Shown: positions 57,120 through 64,000 of the stretch, piece after piece
Numbering within the stretch: the stretch's first letter is position 1
Layout: the number at the start of each line of letters is the position of its first letter
Assembly (NCBI GenBank): GCA_963805975.1
Contig: CAWDVR010000002.1
Location: forward strand, 1 to 64,000
Length of the DNA: 64,000 nucleotides
Reading direction: 5' to 3'
Source: an uncultured Acidobacteriota bacterium
GTDB lineage: Bacteria; Acidobacteriota; Thermoanaerobaculia; Multivoradales; SZUA-115
The notes under the pieces: generated by a model
What the model was told of the DNA's origin: nothing
The model's input: only the letters and a program-made list of their open reading frames with translations
Database searches by the model: none
Position numbers and translations under genes: made by a program

Positions 57120-57895
57120 GCGAGGCCGTGCAGGAAAGCCCGCGGCAGGAGCCGGCGGCGGCGGTCATCTCGCTCGCCGAGGTGGGCCTGCGCTATCGCC
57201 TCGCCAAGCAGCGCATCCCGTCGCTCAAGGAGTACGCGATCCACTGGCTCAAGGGCGCCTTGATCTACGAGGATCTGTGGGCGCTCGACCAAGTCTCGGT
57301 CGAGATCCGGCGCGGCGAGCGGGTGGGCCTGGTGGGGAGAAACGGCGCCGGCAAGTCGACGCTGCTCAAGGTGATCTCCGGCATTCTCAAGCCGACCCGC
57401 GGGCAGGCGGCGATCCGCGGCTCGGTGACGCCGATCCTGGAGCTCGGCACGGGCTTCGATCCCGAGCTGACCGGGCTCGAGAACATCTACCTCAATGCCC
57501 TGCTGCTCGGGCGCCGGCGGCGGGAGGTGGAGGCCAAGGTGGACGAGATCGTGGCCTTCAGCGGGCTGGGCGACTTCATCCGCTCGCCGATCCGCAACTA
57601 CTCGTCGGGGATGCAGGCCCGGCTGGGATTCTCGATCGCCACCGCCTGGGTGCCGGACATCCTGATCCTGGACGAGGTGCTGGCGGTGGGCGACGCGCAG
57701 TTCGTGCGGCTCTGCGAGGAGCGCCTCTCGAGCTTCCGCGACCTCGGCACCACCCTGCTCCTGGTGTCCCACAACCCGCAGGCGGTGCGCAGCAGTTGCG
57801 AGCGCTGCGTCTGGCTCGAAGGCGGCCGCCTGCGCGGCGACGGCCCGGTGGAGGCAGTGCTCGAGGACTACCGCCTGTTCACGAAGAAGGGGTGA
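57116..57895 (+). CDS. wzt: Polysaccharide ABC exporter ATPase (no C-terminal carbohydrate-binding domain)
   Basis: [26 protein letters not shown] and VSH motifs. Confidence 0.92.
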   Translation: MSEAVQESPRQEPAAAVISLAEVGLRYRLAKQRIPSLKEYAIHWLKGALIYEDLWALDQVSVEIRRGERVGLVGRNGAGKSTLLKVISGILKPTRGQAAIRGSVTPILELGTGFDPELTGLENIYLNALLLGRRRREVEAKVDEIVAFSGLGDFIRSPIRNYSSGMQARLGFSIATAWVPDILILDEVLAVGDAQFVRLCEERLSSFRDLGTTLLLVSHNPQAVRSSCERCVWLEGGRLRGDGPVEAVLEDYRLFTKKG

Positions 57896-57903
57896 GGGAC
57901 CCG

Positions 57904-57926
57904 CCCAAGCTAACCCTGGGCTTGGG
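57904..57926. terminator. Hairpin between convergent genes
   Basis: CCCAAGC-N9-GCTTGGG. Confidence 0.3.
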
Positions 57927-57950
57927 GGGATCAGCCGCACAGCCGGGCGG

Positions 57951-59627
57951 CTACGGCATGAACGGAAGCTCGAACTTCGTCCCCACGAAGACGCGAGCCG
58001 TCAGGTGCTCTTCCTTCGGGTCCGCCAACGCCGTGCCGTATTGCAGATCGACACCGCCCGTCAACCCTTTCTTGGGATCGCGCAGGAAATGGAGCAGGAG
58101 ATGGTGCTCCCACTCGCCGTGGTCGAGATCATAGTTAGTCCGCAGAGTCGCGCCCAAGCCTGGGCGGAGCCAGCCCTTGATCTCGGCACGGATGACCTCG
58201 GTCTCGGTCTCGGCCGGGCCTGCGAGCGCCGCCTGTCGGCAGAGGAGCGCACCGCCTCCGGCCGGGAGGCAGACCTGGCTGCTCGGCGACGCCGTAAGGG
58301 TGGTGAGCCTCGCGTAGCCGACGCTTCCCAGCCATCCAGCCTGGTAGACGCTGAAGGTAAGGTTGAGGCTACGGCTGTGCCCATCGCTGGAACGCTCGGC
58401 AAACTCCGCCTGCGGGTCGAGGAACTTGAACTTCTGGTCGGCGACGACAGCCTCGGCCGTCACGTAATAGAAGGCGAGAGGGATGGCGCGCAGAATCCTG
58501 CGGTACCAGTACCCGGGCCGCTCGCTCGCCGCCGCCCAGGGCAGGAGCGAGCTCATGAGACAGTTGTTCGTGGCCCCGGTCTCGGTCGTGAAGAGCTTCT
58601 CGGGCGGCACGACTCGAGCCTCCTGGCAGACCTTGGTTTCGACCTCCTTCTCCTTCTTGTCGAGCTCCTGCTTGAGGATTGCCGCCGCGAGCAGCTCGGT
58701 CCTGCATTCCTCAACCTTGGGGACATTGGGTGCCGGCTCGCCCGAGCGAAAGAAGGCCAAGGTCTCGCGCTCCTGATTGAAGACCTCGCAGCGGCGCCAG
58801 AGCTGCTCGGCTTTGCGCTCCTCTTCGCTGGCGGTTTCGAAGCCGGGCACGGCGAGCAGCAGCGCCGCGTCCTTCTTGACAGCTCCATCCAAGGCTGCCG
58901 TGCGGAGCGAGGCGAGGGTTTCGGCGTTGCATCGCAGCGTGTACCCGGCCCCAGGGTCCGGTTCGACGCGCGGCGGGGCGAGCCATCCGGTCGCCCGCTT
59001 CTTGTTGATCTCCTGGCAGAGCTCCCAACGGCTGGCGTCGAGGCGCTGCTCGACGACGTTGCTCCAGAAGGCATCGTTCTTGAGACTTGCGAGGGAGCAC
59101 GAACCATCCTTCGGCAGCTCGGCGGCCTCAGCCGCCAGCCGTTTCTGGGCGAGCTTGTTGGCATCGATGCAAATCGCTTCGAAGGGGCCCGGCGCGCCGT
59201 TGGCAGCCACGCCTTGGCCGAGACCGAACCACCGGAGCGGCTTTCCCGTGCGTTCGAAGGTCAGCCCCAGCGCCCCGGTCGTGCCCGCGGTCAGCCCGTC
59301 CAGGTTGACGAAGCTGGCTTCCTTGGTCGAGGTGTCGACCGGCGCTTTGAACTTGAGACCCATCTGGAGGTTGTTTCTCTCGTTGCGGGTCCGGAAACCC
59401 ACTTGGGCAGTGAGGAGCGCCCCGTCCTCACCCGCCTCCAGGATCACATCGGCTGGCGTGTCCTGGAGCGCCGAGGTCCCGGTGCCATCTGCCTGGGCGG
59501 CGGCCCTGGCCACCTCCGCCTCGGTGGCAGGAACCGCCTGCGCGAGCGCCGGCGCCTGCCCGAGCGCGAACCCACCCAGCACGCATCCGATCGTGGCAAT
59601 CGCGGAGATTGGCGGCCGAGGGCTCAT
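57951..59627 (-). CDS. Secreted hypothetical protein with Cys-pair modules and a beta-strand-rich C-terminus
   Basis: Signal peptide ending ALA-QA; four C...C helical modules; amphipathic strands ending ARVFVGTKF. Confidence 0.7.
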   Translation of the reverse strand: MSPRPPISAIATIGCVLGGFALGQAPALAQAVPATEAEVARAAAQADGTGTSALQDTPADVILEAGEDGALLTAQVGFRTRNERNNLQMGLKFKAPVDTSTKEASFVNLDGLTAGTTGALGLTFERTGKPLRWFGLGQGVAANGAPGPFEAICIDANKLAQKRLAAEAAELPKDGSCSLASLKNDAFWSNVVEQRLDASRWELCQEINKKRATGWLAPPRVEPDPGAGYTLRCNAETLASLRTAALDGAVKKDAALLLAVPGFETASEEERKAEQLWRRCEVFNQERETLAFFRSGEPAPNVPKVEECRTELLAAAILKQELDKKEKEVETKVCQEARVVPPEKLFTTETGATNNCLMSSLLPWAAASERPGYWYRRILRAIPLAFYYVTAEAVVADQKFKFLDPQAEFAERSSDGHSRSLNLTFSVYQAGWLGSVGYARLTTLTASPSSQVCLPAGGGALLCRQAALAGPAETETEVIRAEIKGWLRPGLGATLRTNYDLDHGEWEHHLLLHFLRDPKKGLTGGVDLQYGTALADPKEEHLTARVFVGTKFELPFMP

Positions 59628-59959
59628 GGGATCGACACCTGGGCATCGAACGCTTCGACTCCCAGCGGTCCGAGCTTGCCACCGCCGAGATTCTCCTCGT
59701 GCGGGCTGATGAGCTTGAACCCCCAGGTTGCGCCGGCTTTGCCACGCACGAAGCCGTGGAGCGTGTGGGTACCCGCCGGGAGGTCGATCGGGACCGAGGT
59801 CCCGTCCGCCAACCACGACAGTCGGATCTTGTTGCCGACCACGATCTCTCGCTGGGTGGCGGTCCCTCCCCGGCGAACGACGAGGCTATGGAACGGTCCG
59901 GTAGCCGTCGCGAACATCTTGTCGACGGCCTTCAGCATCTTGGCGTGTTTCGCGGTCAT
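59624..59959 (-). CDS. Small hypothetical protein
   Basis: RBS GGAGGGAG; its stop overlaps the next ATG. Confidence 0.6.
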   Translation of the reverse strand: MTAKHAKMLKAVDKMFATATGPFHSLVVRRGGTATQREIVVGNKIRLSWLADGTSVPIDLPAGTHTLHGFVRGKAGATWGFKLISPHEENLGGGKLGPLGVEAFDAQVSIP

Positions 59960-60078
59960 GGGGGCTCCCTCCCAGGCGTCGTCTTGGCTCGTTGGATCTA
60001 GACCTACTCTGCCTGTTAGACGGATCTGCCAGTGAGATTCCTGTTGGCCAGCGGAGCCGGCGGGCCAGCAATCGGTGG

Positions 60079-61365
60079 TCAGCCTCGGAGCACGGCCCGG
60101 TAGACCGTCTCCATCTCCTCCGCGATCGCCGCCGGCGCGTGGAAGCGCGCCAGCACGTCGCGGCCGGCGGCGGTGAGGCGGGCGGCGAGGCCGGGCTCCC
60201 GGGCCAGTCGCGCGAAGGCGGCGGCGTAGTCGGCCGCGTCCCGCGCGAGGAGCAGCTCGCGGCCATCCTCGGCGTCCAGCCCGGCCGCGGCCTCCGGGCT
60301 CGCCACCACCGGCACTCCGCGGGCCCACGCTTCGAGGATCCGCATCCGCACGCCCGAGGCGATGCGCAGCGGCAGCACCAGGATCGAGCCCGGCGCGAAC
60401 GCGTCCCGCGTGTCGGCCGGCGGCGGGTAGCCCTGGATGCCGTCCAGGCCGGTCTCACCCAGGGCCGCGGCGTTGCCGAAGACATGCAGCCGCGCCTCCG
60501 GCAGCGCGGTGCTGACCGCGGGCCAGATCACACCGGCGAAGTACTCCACCGCATCCTGGTTGGGAGGCCAGCCTTCGCTGCCCATGAGCACGATCGCGGG
60601 CCTTCCCGCCAGGGGCCGGTCCGCGGCGGCCAGCTCGCCGGCGAACGGAGCCCGCACCAGGGTGACGCGCCCTCGCCCGCCGGCGAGCTCCCGCAGGCGC
60701 TCGCCGTCGCGGCCGGTGAGCGCCACGGTGGTCGCGACGCTGGCTACCGCCTCGCCCTCCCAACGCGCCAGGCGCGCCGCCTCGCGGCGCGCCACGGAGC
60801 CCAACAGGCGCTTGCCCCGCGCCGCCGCGATCCACAGGTCGCTCTCCACGTTCTGGGCGCGGAGCACCACCGGCACCGGCCGCACGGAGCCCGCGGCGGC
60901 GAGCGCCGCGCGCACCGGCGCCAGGGCCTGGAGCTGCTCCACGTGGACCAGGTCCCAGCGTTCGGCGGCGAGCAGGCGCTCGAGCTCGGCCACCACGGGA
61001 GGATGGAAGTGGCGGTCGATCGACAGCGGCCGGCCGGCCAGCCGGCCGCGCAGTAGAGAGCCCACGTAGGAACGGCCCTGGACCTCGACCAGGCGCGGCG
61101 AGCAGCAACCGCTGAGCGCCGCGGAAGCTTCTGCCACCGCCGACGCCGAGCCCGGCGCCAGCGGCGCCACCAGGGTGAACCGGTGGCCGCGCTCGGCCAG
61201 TGCCTCGAGCGTGCTCTTGGCCAGCAGCCGGCCTCCGTCGATCGGTGGCCAGGGCGGTTTGGTGGCGACGACCAGCACCCTGAGCGGGCGGGAGCCGCAC
61301 GCGGCCTGAGCCTCGTCGTCGAGCGCGGCGATAGCCGGAAGGGAGTCTCTCAACCTTGGGGGCAA
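60079..61365 (-). CDS. GT4 glycosyltransferase
   Basis: PWPPIDGG, QNVES, WPPNQD and SGVRMRILEAWARGVPVV motifs; start uncertain. Confidence 0.85.
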   Translation of the reverse strand: MPPRLRDSLPAIAALDDEAQAACGSRPLRVLVVATKPPWPPIDGGRLLAKSTLEALAERGHRFTLVAPLAPGSASAVAEASAALSGCCSPRLVEVQGRSYVGSLLRGRLAGRPLSIDRHFHPPVVAELERLLAAERWDLVHVEQLQALAPVRAALAAAGSVRPVPVVLRAQNVESDLWIAAARGKRLLGSVARREAARLARWEGEAVASVATTVALTGRDGERLRELAGGRGRVTLVRAPFAGELAAADRPLAGRPAIVLMGSEGWPPNQDAVEYFAGVIWPAVSTALPEARLHVFGNAAALGETGLDGIQGYPPPADTRDAFAPGSILVLPLRIASGVRMRILEAWARGVPVVASPEAAAGLDAEDGRELLLARDAADYAAAFARLAREPGLAARLTAAGRDVLARFHAPAAIAEEMETVYRAVLRG

Positions 61366-61497
61366 GCCCGGTCAGGGGGTCGCTTTTCGGTCTTTACGGA
61401 AGGAAGTTGCTCGGCGGGCAGTATAGCCCGAACCACCGGCCCCGGATCCGCCGGGCACCGACCTGGCCCGCAGGGCGAGGAAACCGGCGGTTGCCGA

Positions 61498-62484
61498 TCA
61501 GCGCGGAGGCGAGGGTTCGGCGCCTGCCGGCGCCAACAGGTAGACCCCGAAGCGGCAGGCGCCGTCGGTCCAGGCCTCGGCAACGGCCAGCCCGGCCGCC
61601 GCGGCCATGCGGTCGACCTCACCCGGCGAGTACTTGCACGAGACTTCGGTCAGGATGCTCTCGCCGGCCGCGAAGGGGATGAGCTCCGCGCCCAGGCGCA
61701 CGGTCTGCGCCGTGAGGCTGTAGAGGCGCATCTCGATGCGGCCGTGCCGCTCGTCGTAGAGCGCGCGGTGGGCGAAGCGGTCCGGGCGGAAGTCGGTGCC
61801 CAGCTCCCGGTTGAGGCGGGTGAGGAGATTGAGGTTGAAGGCGGCGGTCACCCCTTCGCCGTCGTTGTAGGCGCGCTCGAGCACGGCCTTGTCCTTCTTG
61901 TGGTCGAGGCCGAGCACGATCCGGCCGCCGGGGCCGGCGATCTCCGCCATCCGTGCCAGGAAGCGGACCGCCTCGTGGGGGCGGAAGTTGCCCAGGGTCG
62001 AGCCGGGGAAGAAGATCACCCGCCGTGCCGCCTGCCGCCGCGGCGCCGGCACTGCGAAGGACTGCGTGTAGTCGGCGGCGAGCGGCAGCACCTCGAGCCA
62101 GGGAAGCCCACCGTGAATGGAAGCCACCGTCGCGGCGAGCGCCGCCGGCGAAACCTCGATCGGCACGTAGCCCACCGGGTCGGTGAGCGCCTGGAGCAGC
62201 AGCCGGGTCTTGCGACCGCTGCCGCTGCCGGGCTCGATCACCAGGCAGCCGGGACCGAGCTCGCCGGCGAGGTCCCCGGCATGGCGCTCGAGAACCTCGA
62301 GCTCGGCCCGCGTCAGGTAGTACTCGGGAAGCTCGGTGATCCTCTCGAAGAGCTCCGACCCGCGTTGGTCGTAGAAGTACTTGCTCGGCAGCTCCTTCTC
62401 GGGGCGCCGCAGGCCGTCGAGCACGTCGGCTTCGAGCACGTCGTCGATGGCGGGCGAAGCGGCCTGCTCGAGCGGGACGACCAT
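61498..62484 (-). CDS. egtD: L-histidine N-alpha-methyltransferase (ergothioneine pathway)
   Basis: KELPSKYFYD, ITELPEYYLTRAE, EPGSG, FPGSTLGNF, AYND..GVTAAFNLN and TEVSCKY motifs. Confidence 0.93.
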   Translation of the reverse strand: MVVPLEQAASPAIDDVLEADVLDGLRRPEKELPSKYFYDQRGSELFERITELPEYYLTRAELEVLERHAGDLAGELGPGCLVIEPGSGSGRKTRLLLQALTDPVGYVPIEVSPAALAATVASIHGGLPWLEVLPLAADYTQSFAVPAPRRQAARRVIFFPGSTLGNFRPHEAVRFLARMAEIAGPGGRIVLGLDHKKDKAVLERAYNDGEGVTAAFNLNLLTRLNRELGTDFRPDRFAHRALYDERHGRIEMRLYSLTAQTVRLGAELIPFAAGESILTEVSCKYSPGEVDRMAAAAGLAVAEAWTDGACRFGVYLLAPAGAEPSPPR

Positions 62485-63821
62485 CAGAGATCCTTTGCCA
62501 GCCGGATGCCGCTGAACTGCCAGCGCGCGGCCGGGGGGAAGAAGTTGCGGTAGGTGGGCCGCAGATGGCTCGCCGGAGTGGCACAGGAGCCGCCCCGCAG
62601 CACGAACTGGTTGCACATGAACTTGCCGTTGTACTCGCCGAGCGCACCGCTCGCCGGCCGGTAGCCGGGATAGGGCGAGTAGGGGCTCTGGGTCCACTCC
62701 CAGACGTCGCCGTAGAGCTGCCGCGGCCCGTCGTCCTTCCCGTTCCCCTGGCCGGCCGCGAGCGGCACGGGATGGAGCCGGAAGGAGTCGAGCAGGTTGC
62801 CGGCGAGCGGCGCCTCCCGAGCCACCACTTCCCATTCCGCTTCGCTCGGCAGGCGGGCCCCGGCCCAGCGCGCGTAGGCGTCGGCCTCGTAGAAGCTCAC
62901 GTGGCAAACCGGCTCGGCGCGCTCGACCGAGCGGCGGCCGGCCAGGGTCCACTGCCACCATTCGCCGTCCTGGCGCTGCCAGTAGAGCGGCGCCTCCCAG
63001 CCCTGCGTCGTGACCGCGTCCCAGCCGTCGGCGAGCCAGAGCTGGCTGGACGCGTAGCCGCCGTCCGCCATGAACTCCAGGTACTCGCCGTTCGTCACCA
63101 GGCGGTCGCCCAGGCCGAACGCCGGCAGGAGGAGCCGATGCCGCGGCCCTTCGTTGTCGAAGGCGAAGCCGGGGCCCTCGTGGCCGATCTCGTAGATCCC
63201 CTCGGGCCGGCCCGCGAAGCCGAGCGCGGACGGCGGCGGATGCGCCCCCTTGCCGTTGCTCTCCGCCAGAGGATGCGAGAGCTCGAGCGGGGAGAGCGAG
63301 AAGAGGTGCTTGAGGTCGGTGACGATCAGCTCCTGGTGCTGCTGCTCGTGGTGGAGGCCGAGCGTGAACACCGGCTCGATGGCCTCCCAGCGCTTCTCGT
63401 CGAGGAGCGCCAGGAGCTCGATCACGCCGTGGTCCACCGCCGCCCGGTAGCGATAGGTCTCCTCCACCGTGGGCCGCGACAGCAGGCCGCGCGCGGCGCG
63501 CGGCTGGCGCTTGCCCACGGCGTTGTAATAGGAGTTGAAGAGAAATCCGTACTGCTCGTGAAGCGGCCGGTGGTCCGGCCGCGCGGCGGCCAGGACGAAG
63601 GTCTCGAAGAACCAGGAAGTGTGCGCCAGGTGCCACTTCGCGGGGCTCGCGTCGGGCATCGACTGCACCACGCAGTCCTCGACGGCGAGCGGCCGGCAGA
63701 GGCGCTCGGTGGTCGAGCGCACCTCGCGAAAGCGCTCCACCGCGCGGCCCCGGCTGCGGGGGCTGCCGGTGGCGGAGATCTTGGGGGGCACGACCGGCGG
63801 CGGGACGGTCTCGGCGATCAT
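62484..63821 (-). CDS. egtB: Ergothioneine sulfoxide synthase
   Basis: QSMPDASPAKWHLAH, FNSYY, HHEQQHQE, GEYNGKFM and RNFF...RWQFSG motifs. Confidence 0.93.
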   Translation of the reverse strand: MIAETVPPPVVPPKISATGSPRSRGRAVERFREVRSTTERLCRPLAVEDCVVQSMPDASPAKWHLAHTSWFFETFVLAAARPDHRPLHEQYGFLFNSYYNAVGKRQPRAARGLLSRPTVEETYRYRAAVDHGVIELLALLDEKRWEAIEPVFTLGLHHEQQHQELIVTDLKHLFSLSPLELSHPLAESNGKGAHPPPSALGFAGRPEGIYEIGHEGPGFAFDNEGPRHRLLLPAFGLGDRLVTNGEYLEFMADGGYASSQLWLADGWDAVTTQGWEAPLYWQRQDGEWWQWTLAGRRSVERAEPVCHVSFYEADAYARWAGARLPSEAEWEVVAREAPLAGNLLDSFRLHPVPLAAGQGNGKDDGPRQLYGDVWEWTQSPYSPYPGYRPASGALGEYNGKFMCNQFVLRGGSCATPASHLRPTYRNFFPPAARWQFSGIRLAKDL

Positions 63822-64000
63822 CGCTTCTCGTTCTTTCCTTCGGTGCGGATCTCTCGTGCCTTGATGATATAGCGCAGTGGTGCCGGTCCCACGTAGTTGA
63901 AGGGGTAGCAGGTGATCAGGGTGAGCGAAGGACGCGGACCGGGTTCGAGCACGGCGGTCTCGTGCGGCTGGACGATGCTGAGCTTCTCGATCGCGTACTC
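63818..64000 (-). CDS. Sortase (class D-like), C-terminal part
   Basis: EYAIEKLSIVQP...SLTLITCYPFNYVGPAPLRYII; its stop overlaps the egtB start. Confidence 0.85.
   Translation of the reverse strand, partial: EYAIEKLSIVQPHETAVLEPGPRPSLTLITCYPFNYVGPAPLRYIIKAREIRTEGKNEKR

Noticed and set aside
59990-60025. GTTAGAC/GTCTAAC as another attC bounding the two-gene insert
   Set aside because: No matching inverse core at a suitable distance and no attC-like hairpin.
62484-63821. Selenoneine synthase SenA
   Set aside because: No senB or selD-like gene is adjacent; pairing with egtD fits ordinary ergothioneine synthesis.
1-64000. tRNA or rRNA genes
   Set aside because: None recognised in the intergenic regions by eye; a covariance search was not possible.

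Overview
High-GC bacterial DNA. The gene repertoire (Ser/Thr kinase-TPR, CHAT-TPR/ECF modules, FxDGFE-tailed secreted proteins, TonB receptor) suggests Acidobacteriota, possibly Thermoanaerobaculia; this is inference only. (1) Positions 661-8579 form an integron-type array of three gene cassettes with three attC sites and no integrase in view. An IS110/IS1111-type element sits exactly in the R' box of the first attC. Its right non-coding end folds into a two-loop bridge/seek-RNA whose guide segments match the attC target and the element's own ends. The third cassette is about 4.75 kb and encodes a TIR stub plus a DUF4062-like/NACHT/HEAT-repeat NLR-like protein, with 15+ near-identical 99-bp repeats that vary almost only in one loop. 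(2) The middle holds a CHAT-protease/ECF sigma/anti-sigma module, miaE, an arsenic island (Cys-rich MarR, arsM, ArsR-ArsC fusion, aquaporin) with readable operators, membrane glycosyltransferases and secreted proteins sharing a C-terminal FxD(G/S)FE(S/T)G tail. (3) Positions 40272-41350 carry a split borosin RiPP pair: a backbone alpha-N-methyltransferase and a divergent 71-aa precursor ending in a two-Cys core, next to a TonB-dependent receptor. (4) The right end has dnaE2 with in-frame GTAG-REP insertions, higBA, a glycosyltransferase/wzm-wzt locus, egtB-egtD and the end of a sortase gene. Several single-base deletions in the first 3.6 kb may be sequencing errors. All calls come from reading motifs by eye; no searches were run.
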